Assembly: GCA_950097015.1 (NCBI GenBank)
Contig: CATNEN010000038.1
Coordinates: 9,734,001 to 9,798,000 of the forward strand
Direction of reading: 5' to 3'
Origin: Macrostomum hystrix
Taxonomy: Eukaryota > Animalia > Platyhelminthes
DNA length: 64,000 bases
Shown here in pieces: positions 23,372 to 35,887 of the stretch (the first letter of the stretch is position 1; each line of letters opens with the position of its first letter). Under the pieces are notes generated by a model. It was not told the DNA's origin. It searched no databases and saw only the letters and a program-made list of their open reading frames with translations. Made by a program: the position numbers and the translations under genes.

Positions 23372-25467
23372 ATGCTAGGAATTAGCGTCACCAACAAGAC
23401 TTCGCTAATGGTAAGCGGAATTTTAATTCGGAATTAAGAAATATTTTGTTGTCTTTTTTCCTTGCCCTTTATAAGTTAAAAAATTCATTTAATAAGTTGA
23501 ATCTTGATCTTCATATTGATCTTGCTAAATAAATGCTCAATGTAAGCCTTATGATGACCTAGTTTTTAGAGTCTATGTAGTGTTAGATGTACTTCTATCT
23601 AGAAGTACTTCTAGCTTAAAGCGTGTACTTAAGTTGCTAAGTGCTCGTTAGATAAGTTTTACCATAGACGAAAGTCCATGAAAAAAATGACACTTTTACA
23701 CTAACCATCTTGAGTACGAGTGTCGATTGCTCATCACACTCAGTCCCCTATACCAGCAGAGCTTTTTAAAGACCCATTAGACAATATGGCGCTGCGGTAT
23801 ACACATTGCGTCAATTCAAAGCTCGTTGCCGAGGTAAGACTCAGGACAGGTAGTCATTTATCTTCGCTTTTTTGCGTGTCAGAAGGGTTTCAAAACAATT
23901 TCTTAGACTTCAACTAACCCCCGATGCATTCACAGCGCTACCTGGCTCTGCCGCAGCCGGCAGACAAGGTGCAGTGCATGTACGTCTGGATTGACGGCAC
24001 TGGGGAGAACCTGCGTGCCAAGACTCGCACCATTGACTCACTGCCAAAGACTGCTAAAGGTGAGGCAGCTTAGAGACAGGTCTGGGTGGACCTGGAGACA
24101 GACAGTTTAAATGCCGTATTTAAGTCGGCCGTGTGTATCAGTCAAAGTAAAAACTTTAGTGTCTTTGTGGCTTAGTGTCACGCGATTTTTAAGCTTCTAT
24201 AGCTACTAACTAACCGAGTGACTTGAGTGACGGCTTGTTGTTTATAGTCTTATCGGATTTCTGGAGCTACTTAGCCACGTCGCAGTCGCAGAGAACAATT
24301 TGTTGCCCTCGCTTTAACAAGATACTTTGCGCATTTGACAAAATATCAAACTTCAGAGCTGCCAATCTGGAACTTCGACGGGTCCAGCACCGGTCAGGCG
24401 GTCGGCGAGAACTCCGACGTGATGATCCACCCCGTAGCCATGTTCAAAGATCCCTTCCGCGGCGGCAACAACCAGCTGGTCTTGTGCGAGACCTATGCCT
24501 ACGACGGCAAGGTGCATCCGACCAACAAGCGCCACTCCTGCCTGGAGGCAATGCAGAAGGCCAAGGACTTCAAGCCGTGGTTCGGCATCGAGCAGGAGTA
24601 CACCATGCTGGACACCGACTTGCACCCGTTCGGCTGGCCGAAGAACGGCTTCCCCGGGCCGCAGGGTCCCTACTACACTGGCGTCGGCGCGAACAAAGTC
24701 TATGGCCGCGATGTGGTGGAGTCGCACTACCGGGCCTGCTTGTACTCGGGCATAAAAATTGCCGGCACCAATGCTGAGGTTATGCCCGCCCAATGGGAGT
24801 TCCAGGTGCGTAGAGATCCTATTAAAGTATCGAACCTGTGCTTCTGAATATAACTTTACAAGCTCAATAGCTTGCCCTTCGTGCACAACCTCCAGATCGG
24901 ACCCTGTGAGGGAATCGATATGGGCGACCACCTGTGGATCGGTCGCTTCCTGCTGCACCGCGTTGCCGAAGACTTTGGCATCGTTATCACCTACGATCCC
25001 AAGCCGATGCCGGGCGATTGGAACGGCGCCGGAGCCCACTGCAACTACAGCACGCTGGAGATGCGCCAGCCCGGTGGCATGAAGGCCATGGTGGCCGCCA
25101 TCGATAAGCTGAGCAAGCGGCACGCCACCCACATCCGGGCCTACGATCCCAAGGGAGGCGCCGACAACAAGCGCCGATTGACTGGCTTGCACGAGACGTC
25201 CAGCATTGACACCTTCAGCTATGGTAAATTACTGTCTTTCCTGTGCTTGTTTGGCACTTGATTTAGAATCCGTCGAGTTAATAACCAGCCAACTTGACGT
25301 CGCTGCCAACAGGTGTGGCCCACCGCGGCTCCTCCATTCGAATCCCGCGGCAGTGCAGCGACGACGGCTGCGGCTACATCGAGGACCGGCGTCCGTCGTC
25401 CAACTGCGATCCGTACAGTGTGACGGAGATGCTAGTTCGCACCACCTGCCTGAACGAGACCGACTGA
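23372..25467 (+). CDS. GLUL: Glutamine synthetase (GS II), paralog 1
   Basis: Exons 23372-23410, 23936-24059, 24357-24805, 24896-25223, 25313-25467, all GT-AG and phase-consistent. Motifs [74 protein letters not shown]. Confidence 0.96.
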
Positions 25468-27633
25468 AAAAGCGCTGAATTGATCAACTTAACAATGACC
25501 CGTCTAAATCTTTTATTTCCCAATTGAGAATCAGCGCGTTCTAATTAACGACCCAGCAGCGCTTTTCTGAAATACACACTTCTTTTCTTCGTTTCTCACT
25601 TATTGACATCGCTAACTTGAAACAAATAACTTGCTCTGGTTTTATTGTCCACTAATTTTACTCATTGCGATTAACAGCAAATTAACTTTTAGCTATTAGG
25701 ATTTGTACTTCAGCGACAACAACGTAGATATAATTTTAGCGTGTCTTAATATTTATTAGCACTAATTAATCAGATTATACTGACTTAAGGCATCTTAAGC
25801 CCAATACAATTAAGAATGCTTTTAATATATCCACAGCCATACCCCACTGCCCAGCATCTAGCATGGTTCGTACTTGTTCATTGTTTATCAGCTTTCTTAC
25901 TGGTTTGAATATCTGGTTACTGGTTATCTTTTTTTATTGCACTCTTCTCCAGATTTTTCATCATATTGTAGCATGCAGTTTCACCTTAATAACTATATTT
26001 ATAAATAAGGATATTCCTTGATGGCTAATTGTTTGTCTCGTGTTTGAGCCTTCCTTGGTTTTAGTACTTGGTCCGTATTGCTAAGGAACTATTTATACAC
26101 AGCCATTTAGCCATGCAGTAAATTCTTGCCATTAGCCAAAACATACTGACATTTAACTGGGTTTTCTACAAGTAGAAAATAAGCTTAGACTAGACTGTAA
26201 TATTACATGGATAATTCAAAGCTTCAAATTTCATAAAATTTTCCATTTGGAAAAGTCAGGAAAGTCAGCCGACGTCGGATCGTTGTACGATTCAATAAAC
26301 CAACTCAGATACACATTTCCGAAATCTGCCGCATTTCCCAATCCAACACCAGCTGTTTCTGTCTCCATCTCAGCAGTTCATAGAATTTCTAGATCGAATC
26401 GCTGCACTTCTGGAAACAAACCACAAGCTGGCGAAATTCTTTCATTGAAATTTCTATCATTTTGAACAGTGAAGCTGCGGCACGGAATGGGGTCTCAGCT
26501 GTGCGTCAGTTCGCATGGCGGGCTGACATTTTAGTACGACACGAAAGCAAACAAAAATATTGCCGTGTGCCCTTTCGTCGAAGCCATGTGACTAGAGGAT
26601 TAGGAGAACTGGGGATTATGGGGATGCTAACATTTGGGACAGGAATCTTTCCTTAGCTTCGATGTTAATCAACCGAAGACATGCAGTAAGGGGGGAGGAA
26701 GCCTTTCTAATAGTTCTATAGTTCATGATCGATAATAAAAAACCAGCACTGAGTGCTGTTTCGAGTCTCATCCAAGCAGCTAACAGGACTAGAGAAGTCG
26801 ATTGAAAAGTCATGAAATATGCAGCTACCTTTGTATGGACCACTGAGGGCTGCCAAAGTCGTCCCCCCGGAGAGGTTGTCGGTCCCGAATTTTGTTCCAC
26901 TAAAAGCGCGCATGTTAAATCGGCTTCTTCTCAGACCCGAACTTCGAAACTCGGGTAAAAAGGCTACTAAAGAGGTCACGACACTTAGGACCAATCTTTT
27001 GAGCAAAGCCATGCACGATATGTTGGTATTGATAAGACATCCGGTTAGTGTATTGGAATGGAATGTGAGTTAGCGTGCCTAGCCTATTGGGTGACGCGCC
27101 AAACCTCACAGACAAGACTTTGCGAATGCCATATAAAAAACGGCAGCGGCATGTGGTCTGTTTTAAACGGGAGGCTGTTTTAAAACCCACATATTTTCGT
27201 TTTTCTGAATCTCCCAACAATTCGACCAATCGCCATGAAAATCCGCTCTTCCGGATATAAACAACTTCCATAATTACAGAACATCGGAGTTAATCAATGA
27301 TTCTTGTCGGGAAGTCTGGTGAAAACGAATATTTTTTCTTGATTATTATAGCTAATGTTGGCTCTTATTGCTGATTGTATTATATTGATTGCATTCTTAA
27401 TTATTGTATTATTAAACTATATATATTTGCAATAGAGGTTCACACAGAGCAATGTTAGCTATCCTTGTCACAAAGGTCTTCTACAAAAATTGCTCAATAT
27501 CTCGACGATACTGACGTCGGACGGCTCTGAAAGTTTGCTCATTGTAAAGGGCGGAAAATGTTGAACTTCATGGTGGGGTTTCACGAAAATCAGTCATTCG
27601 GTTTGGGAGCTATCGGGAAGTATACGCAGGCAG

Positions 27634-28040
27634 GGGATAGAGGGCGGATAGCTCAGTCAATAAGGTGTCGGACTCTGGATCAGATGGTCCTGGGTTCGAT
27701 TCCCGAACTATTCGTGCAGCCTTTGGCAAGCTGCTTTGCCCTGATGTGCACACAGTCTACTCAGCTGCAAATGAGTACCGACATTTCGTCGGGTAATAAT
27801 AATTCCGGCTGGCGTGGAATAAAGCAGTTCTGTGCGGCAATTCTGTGGGGCTCGGATGCTGCCGATATGTTTGGAAAAATAATTTCCATTGCTGACACGC
27901 GGCTGTCAACCGGTGTCCGAGAGAGCCGAGAGTACAATAGGTGTGCGATCCCCACCTGCTAGTGTGCCTGACACACAACACCTGCACTGGGCCTTGGGTC
28001 TAGTGTCAATTATTATTATATTATTATTATATTATTATTA
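27634..28040 (+). mobile_element. Full-length tRNA-derived SINE with 13-bp target-site duplication
   Basis: A-box-like TAGCTCAGTCAATAAGG and B-box GGTTCGATTCC; (ATT)n tail; TATACGCAGGCAG duplicated at 27621-27633 and 28041-28053. Confidence 0.88.
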
Positions 28041-28821
28041 TATACGCAGGCAGTGGGTATTCGAAATATCCCGTGATTTTTCTACAGCTAAACAGCCTAG
28101 CATGCTTAGTTTTCTGTAGAAGGCAGAGTTGGCTCAATTCCTATATGAGCTGCTTTAGAAAAGAGGTTGTTGCTTCTTTTGCAATAGTCCGGTGACTATT
28201 CATGGTTGGCGGCTTGCAACGGCAGGCAAGATAATAAGCAGCAACTGTTTTTCCATTTCTTTTTGTCTGTCTAGGCCAGAGACGCCAGAAAAGCTGCAGG
28301 TGTCGCCTCCCCGACCCAAAGCGCAAAGCTGACCTGGATTGTTAAGAAGCCTGGCACTACCAAACAACCAACTCAGGTCCTCCTGTTTCTAAGATTTACA
28401 CACGCATTGCAAGTTCACAAATTCACAAACAAATTGCCAGACTGTCTGGCACAATGGCGCCGCAGCTATAGGACAGAGGTTGCACACCGTGAACACCCAC
28501 CCCATTTGCGGGCCTGGTTGAGAGAGGGGGTGTGGTTGCAGGGCTTCAATGGAAAAAACCAGTTTGTTCTGGACGTCCCACCCGAAAGCACGGTTTAGTT
28601 TAGTCCCTCTACCCCTGAGAGAAAATGGGGGCAATGTACATCGCGAGGCGGGTAGGGGGAGTGGCTTTTGTACAGTGGGGTCTGGAAAAGCTGGTATTTA
28701 TGAACTTGATACTCTTGGAGAGGTCCCTTTACTTCACAATCTAAGCATTGCGCTGAAGATTATCGAGTTCAAAATAGTTCTTTTGTTTTAAGTAAAGGAA
28801 GCCCTGAACACAGCCGGACAA

Positions 28822-31800
28822 ATGCTGGGTACCAAGCTCTGCACTAACAAGACTATGCTGGAGGTAATTGCTTCACACTGCTGGCTAAGACAGGCTAGAC
28901 TCCGCCTATACGTGGAGTAGGTTGGGTAGATTGGACACTGCAAGTATGGAGTAGGTTTGGTAGATTGGGCACTGCAGGCCTGGAGTAGGTTGGGTAGATT
29001 GGACACTGCAAGTATGGAGTAGGTTGGGTAGATTGGACACTGCAAGTAGGGAGTAGGTTTGGTAGATTGGGCACTGCAAGTATGGAGTAGGTTTGGTAGA
29101 TTGGGCACTGCAAGTATGGAGTAGGTTGGGTAGATCGAGCACTGCAAGTATGGAGTAGGTTGGTTAGATTGGGCACTGCAGGTATGGAGTAGGTTGGGTA
29201 GATTGGGCACTGCAAGTATGGAGTAGGTTGGGTAGATCGAGCACTGCAAGTATGGAGTAGGTTGGTTAGATTGGGCACTGCAAGTATGGAGTAGGTTGGG
29301 TAGATTGAGCACTGCAAGTATGGAGTAGGTTGGGTAGATCGAGCACTGCAAGTATGGAGTAGGTTGGGTAGATTGGGCGCTGCAAGTATGGAGTAGGTTG
29401 GGTAGATTGGGCACTGTAAGTATGGAGTAGGTTGGGTAGATTGAGCACTGCAAGTATGGAGTAGGTTGGGTAGATCGAGCACTGCAAGTATGGAGTAGGT
29501 TGGGTAGATTGGGCGCTGCAAGTATGGAGTAGGTTGGGTAGATTGGGCACTGTAAGTATGGAGTAGGTTGGGTAGATTGGGCACTGCAGGTATGGAGTAG
29601 GTTGGGTAGATTGGGCACTGCAGGTATGGAGTAGGTTGGGTAGATTGGGCACTGCAAGTATGGAGTAGGTTGGGTAGATCGAGCACTGCAAGTATGGAGT
29701 AGGTTGGTTAGATTGGGCACTGCAAGTATGGAGTAGGTTGGGTAGATTGAGCACTGCAAGTATGGAGTAGGTTGGGTAGATCGAGCACTGCAAGTATGGA
29801 GTAGGTTGGGTAGATTGGGCGCTGCAAGTATGGAGTAGGTTGGGTAGATTGGGCACTGTAAGTATGGAGTAGGTTGGGTAGATTGAGCACTGCAAGTATG
29901 GAGTAGGTTGGGTAGATCGAGCACTGCAAGTATGGAGTAGGTTGGGTAGATTGGGCGCTGCAAGTATGGAGTAGGTTGGGTAGATTGGGCACTGTAAGTA
30001 TGGAGTAGGTTGGGTAGATTGGGCACTGCAGGTATGGAGTAGGTTGGGTAGATTGGGCACTGCAGGTATGGAGTAGGTTGGGTAGATTGGGCACTGCAGG
30101 TATGGAGTAGGTTGGGTAGATTGGGCACTGCAGGTATGGAGTAGGTTGGGTATCGCAGGCCAGAAGTCGTGAGTAGCTATAGATGCTCATAATTCATTAA
30201 AAGTACACAGGCTGCATTGAACGCATGCCAAAGCTCGCCCACCCCACTGCAGCGGTACATGTCGCTGCCGCAGCCGGCAGACAAGGTGCAGTGCATGTAC
30301 GTCTGGATTGACGGCACTGGGGAGAACCTGCGTGCCAAGACTCGCACTCTTGACTCTGTGCCCAAGGATCCGAAAAGTGAGTTAGTGTCTCAATAACCTG
30401 AGTTGGCCCCAGAATATGATTATGGAAGGGGTCGGTGGCAGAGCGGTTAACGCGCTTGCCTCTCGCACCAATGTCCGTGAGCTCCAAGGCACAGTGAGAG
30501 TGTACACTGCCTGCCGACGAGAAAGTCAAGTGTGTGCCTGCGTACAGTATCAGCGTGTGTGCGTGTGTGCTCAGGAGTCAGTGAAATGGGCAGAATTGCC
30601 ACCAAATAATGTGCCATTGCCCACATCCCTCATGCAACTCTAATAAAATAGTATTATTAGATTATTATTCGTTCTAATAATAGAATTTTGAACCCTCCCA
30701 GAGCTGCCAATCTGGAACTTCGACGGCTCCAGCACCGGTCAGGCAGTCGGCGAGAATTCCGACGTGATGATCCACCCGGTGGCTCTGTACAATGATCCGA
30801 TGCGCGGTGGCAACAACCGGCTGGTCCTGTGCGAGACCTACGCCTACGACGGCAAGGTCCACCCGACAAACCTGCGCCACCGCTGTACTCAGGTGATGGA
30901 GAAGGCCAAGGACTTCAAGCCGTGGTTCGCCTTCGAGCAGGAGTACACCCTGATCGATGTTGACGGACAGCCATTCGGCTGGCCGAAGAACGGCTTCCCC
31001 GGGCCGCAGGGTCCCTACTACACCAGCGTCGGCGCCAACAAGGCCTTCGGACGCGACATTGTCGAGGCGCACTACCGGGCCTGCCTGATGGCCGGAATTA
31101 ACATCTTCGGCACCAACGCTGAGGGCATGCCAGCCCAGTGGGAGTTCCAGGTGCGGCTGATTAATCATTATTGTTCGCGTAGCTGCTCTAGTGTGGCATT
31201 CACATTCAGGTGAAGTCAGTCTTTTAGATGCAGACCTGAGTGATCTGAGCAGTGCTCAGTTCAGTCTGATAGATTCGGAACTGCATAGATAAAAATATAA
31301 TTGCAGGAGGGCTGCGGGCAACTGCTCATTTTTTGGTGACCCGCAGCCATCGAGAGGCAATTCTGGCCATTCAGCTGACTGCCCTGACTTTCTCATCGTC
31401 AGGCAGTGTACACCTTCACTGTGCCTTGGAGGTTGGCCCTCAAGGGCGTAAATTGCACGACAAGCCCCACAAGCCTTCTCTCCGCGGCTGCGCCCCAAAT
31501 GAATGTGGCCTCGCCGCGGAATCGAGCTCAGGAACTTTGGTGCAGACCGCTCTGCCACTCACCCCACTGACCTGCATAGATTCCAATTCATTTTAATCCC
31601 CAATGACTCGGGAGACTCCGCTCCGCCGATGCCTTTTTGCAGATTGGTCCATCCGAGGGCATCATAATGAGCGACGACCTGTGGATGGCCCGCTTCCTGA
31701 TCCATCGCGTCGCCGAGGAGTTCGGCGTTGCCGTCACCCTTGATCCCAAGCTGAAGAAGGACTGGAGCGGCGCCGGCGGCCATGTGAACTTCAGCACTGA

Positions 31801-34800
31801 GCAGATGCGGCAGCCGGGTGGCCTCGCCGTCATTAATGAGGCCGTCGAGAAGCTGAGCAAGAGGCATGAGACGCACCTGAAGTGCTACGATCCGAAGGGA
31901 GGTGCGGACAACCAGCGGCGACTGACCGGCATGCACGAGACCTCCAGCTTTGCCAATTTCACGCACGGTAAGCTAGCGGACGCGGCGGATTTCAGGATGA
32001 CTGCTTCTTGGAATTTCTTAACTGGGGTTGGGTTAGTTTCTCTAAACTAACTCCGAGTACAGGTATCAGCAGCTCTTCGACAAGACCTGCTGACTGGAGA
32101 GTTGAGGGAGATGGTAGTTAGGGTTGAGGGACATGGGAGTGGGCTTGAGGGACATGGGAGTGGGCTTGAGGGACATGGGAGTGGGCTTGAGGGACATGGG
32201 AGTGGGGTTGAGGGACATGGGAGTGGGCTTGAGGGACATGGGAGTGGGCTTGAGGGACATGGGAGTGGGGTTGAGGGACATGGGAGTGGGGTTGAGGGAC
32301 ATGGGAGTGGGCTTGAGGGACATGGGAGTGGGGTTGAGGGACATGGGAGTGGGGTTGAGGGACATGGGAGTGGGCTTGAGGGACATGGGAGTGGGGTTGA
32401 GGGACATTGGAGTGGGCTTGAGGGACATGGGAGTGGGCTTGAGGGACATGGGAGTGGGGTTGAGGGACATGGGAGTGGGCTTGAGGGACATGGGAGTGGG
32501 CTTGAGGGACATGGGAGTGGGGTTGAGGGACATGGGAGTGGGGTTGAGGGACATGGGAGTGGGCTTGAGGGACATGGGAGTGGGCTTGAGGGACATGGGA
32601 GTGGGCTTGAGGGACATGGGAGTGGGGTTGAGGGACATGGGAGTGGGGTTGAGGGACATGGGAGTGGGCTTGAGGTACATGGGAGTTGGGTTGAGGGACA
32701 TGGGAGTGGGCTTGAGGGACATGGGAGTGGGGTTGAGGGACATGGGAGTGGGGTTGAGGGACATGGGAGTGGGCTTGAGGGACATGGGAGTGGGCTTGAG
32801 GGACATGGGAGTGGGCTTGAGGGACATGGGAGTGGGGTTGAGGGACATGGGAGTGGGCTTGAGGGACATGGGAGTGGGGTTGAGGGACATGGGAGTGGGG
32901 TTGAGGGACATGGGAGTGGGCTTGAGGGACATGGGAGTGGGCTTGAGGGACATGGGAGTGGGCTTGAGGGACATGGGAGTGGGGTTGAGGGACATGGGAG
33001 TGGGCTTGAGGGACATGGGAGTGGGCTTGAGGGACATGGGAGTGGGCTTGAGGGACATGGGAGTGGGCTTGAGGGACATGGGAGTGGGCTTGAGGGACAT
33101 GGGAGTGGGCTTGAGGGACATGGGAGTGGGCTTGAGGGACATGGGAGTGGGCTTGAGGGACATGGGAGTGGGGTTGAGGGACATGGGAGTGGGCTTGAGG
33201 GACATGGGAGTGGGCTTGAGGGACATGGGAGTGGGGTTGAGGGACATGGGAGTGGGGTTGAGGGACATGGGAGTGGGCTTGAGGGACATGGGAGTGGGCT
33301 TGAGGGACATGGGAGTGGGCTTGAGGGACATGGGAGTGGGCTTGAGGGACATGGGAGTGGGGTTGAGGGACATGGGAGTGGGGTTGAGGGACATGGGAGT
33401 GGGCTTGAGGGACATGGGAGTGGGCTTGAGGGACATGGGAGTGGGGTTGAGGGACATGGGAGTGGGGTTGAGGGACATGGGAGTGGGCTTGAGGGACATG
33501 GGAGTGGGGTTGAGGGACATGGGAGTGGGGTTGAGGGACATGGGAGTGGGCTTGAGGGACATGGGAGTGGGGTTGAGGGACATTGGAGTGGGCTTGAGGG
33601 ACATGGGAGTGGGCTTGAGGGACATGGGAGTGGGCTTGAGGGACATGGGAGTGGGCTTGAGGGACATGGGAGTGGGGTTGAGGGACATGGGAGTGGGGTT
33701 GAGGGACATGGGAGTGGGCTTGAGGGACATGGGAGTGGGCTTGAGGGACATGGGAGTGGGCTTGAGGGACATGGGAGTGGGCTTGAGGGACATGGGAGTG
33801 GGCTTGAGGGACATGGGAGTGGGCTTGAGGGACATGGGAGTGGGGTTGAGGGACATGGGAGTGGGCTTGAGGGACATGGGAGTGGGCTTGAGGGACATGG
33901 GAGTGGGGTTGAGGGACATGGGAGTGGGGTTGAGGGACATGGGAGTGGGCTTGAGGGACATGGGAGTGGGCTTGAGGGACATGGGAGTGGGCTTGAGGGA
34001 CATGGGAGTGGGCTTGAGGGACATTGGAGTGGGGTTGAGGGACATGGGAGTGGGGTTGAGGGACATGGGAGTGGGCTTGAGGGACATGGGAGTGGGCTTG
34101 AGGGACATGGGAGTGGGGTTGAGGGACATGGGAGTGGGGTTGAGGGACATGGGAGTGGGGTTGAGGGACATGGGAGTGGGGTTGAGGGACATGGGAGTGG
34201 GGTTGAGGGACATGGGAGTGGGCTTGAGGGACATGGGAGTGGGGTTGAGGGACATTGGAGTGGGCTTGAGGGACATGGGAGTGGGCTTGAGGGACATGGG
34301 AGTGGGCTTGAGGGACATGGGAGTGGGCTTGAGGGACATGGGAGTGGGCTTGAGGGACATGGGAGTGGGGTTGAGGGACATGGGAGTGGGGTTGAGGGAC
34401 ATGGGAGTGGGCTTGAGGGACATGGGAGTGGGCTTGAGGGACATGGGAGTGGGCTTGAGGGACATGGGAGTGGGCTTGAGGGACATGGGAGTGGGGTTGA
34501 GGGACATGGGAGTGGGGTTGAGGGACATGGGAGTGGGCTTGAGGGACATGGGAGTGGGGTTGAGGGACATGGGAGTGGGGTTGAGGGACATGGGAGTGGG
34601 CTTGAGGGACATGGGAGTGGGGTTGAGGGACATGGGAGTGGGCTTGAGGGACATGGGAGTGGGGTTGAGGGACATGGGAGTGAGGGAATGCAGAGAATTA
34701 CGCATAACGCTAGTGATCCCCGCCGCTAATTACAGGCGTCGCCCACCGCAACGCATCCGTGCGCATTCCGCGCCAGGTGCACGAAGACGGCTTCGGCTAC

Positions 34801-34890
34801 CTGGAGGACCGCCGGCCGACATCGAACTGCGACCCCTACCCGGTCACGGAGATGATTGTGCGCACAATCTGCTTGAACGAGACCGACTGA
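28822..34890 (+). CDS. GLUL: Glutamine synthetase (GS II), divergent tandem paralog 2
   Basis: Exons 28822-28863, 30253-30376, 30702-31150, 31643-31967, 34736-34890, with the same intron positions and phases as paralog 1; intact frame ending CLNETD*. Confidence 0.94.
28913..30152. repeat. Intronic minisatellite, 34-bp unit GGAGTAGGTTGGGTAGATTGGGCACTGCAAGTAT
   Basis: About 36 copies in GS2 intron 1. Confidence 0.95.
30428..30605 (+). mobile_element. SINE-like repeat (family B), internally deleted copy
   Basis: tRNA-like head GGTGGCAGAGCGGTTAACGCG; body CTCCAAGGCACAGTGAGAGTGTACACTGCC shared with 31340-31570 (-), 56270-56490 (-) and 60596-60800 (+). Confidence 0.7.
31340..31570 (-). mobile_element. 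SINE-like repeat (family B)
   Basis: Reverse complement matches 60596-60770 (CTGAGCTCGATTCCGCGGC...GGAGAGAAGGCTTGT...GAGGGCCAACCTCCAAGG...GACGATGAGAAAG). Confidence 0.75.
32121..34686. repeat. Intronic minisatellite, 21-bp unit GAGGGACATGGGAGTGGG(C/G)TT
   Basis: About 122 near-identical copies in GS2 intron 4; source of the three spurious ~900-aa ORFs. Confidence 0.97.
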
Positions 34891-35887
34891 GCAGCTAGTT
34901 GCGAGAGCTCAGCCGGCTTAACGAACTTTAACTATCGACTTATCGAGGTGGTTTCCTATAATTTCATCACACTCGAATTGTAGATCAGATCTAATTAAGA
35001 ATGTTACGCATCGATTTCGCGCCAAAAGTCGTCATTGTTAAAACTAAAAAATAAACTGTTTTGTTATAATACTCGTATTTTAGATCATCTGGCACCAATT
35101 CATTAGAAATGTAGAATATTATATTCCCATGCAGTGCTCACCAATTGAAAAAGGCAAAAAACAATGGAAATTACACGTGTTGAAAGCCTGGTAACTCATT
35201 GCAAGAACTTTAATTTATCTACATATTGAAGGTCGAGAACTACCCTAAGGTATAAAGCCATAATTAAATTAGGAAAATGCTGTAGATCTACATAGCATGC
35301 CTTTATTAACTTATGTACTTTTTGACCCCTAAACCTGATAAATTAAGTTCTGCAATCGATAAAAACTCATGCTCTCCGCCTTCTGTTGTCAGTTGACTCT
35401 AGAAAAAAGAGTACCTTTGTTTGCTCTTAAGTAAATAAATTAAACTCTCCTACAACACAGTAAGTATTCGATAATCATCTCGCTTAAATGATTTATGTTA
35501 AACTCAGTTTTTACATTTTTCAAATTGGTTATTAAGTTTTTCCATACATATCGGATGGAGCATAATGGATCTTCAATCGTAGTCTTTCTGTTCTAAAAAG
35601 CAGGTGAAGGTTCTTGCGAGCAATTCTGATAAGATAATGACTTCTTCTAAGCAAATTACTGGCACTAACCACTTCTATGCATGTGCAAGCAACGGATTCA
35701 AGGGGACAGTTTATCAGCATTATCTTTACAAGCTACAAGTTCGCTGCTGTTGGCTCCTTTGGCGGCTATCAGAATCGCTGCAATCGTTGGGAATCAGAAA
35801 AATTAATTGCTGAGCTCACTTTGAATATACGTCTACACTATATGACTCCTGATCAGGTATCAAGCAAGTCAGACAGGCCTTCCAACA

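Noticed and set aside
31378-31410. Hammerhead-like CTGACGA-TGA-GAAA-GTC in SINE family B (minus strand)
   Set aside because: No stem II or III; CTGAC pairs with GTCAG to give a simple hairpin, and the motif is not kept in the 30510 and 60740 copies.
32066-34898. Three ORFs of about 880-920 aa (MSLKPTP, GHGSGLE, LRDMGVG repeats)
   Set aside because: Translations of a stop-free 21-bp array lying inside GS2 intron 4.
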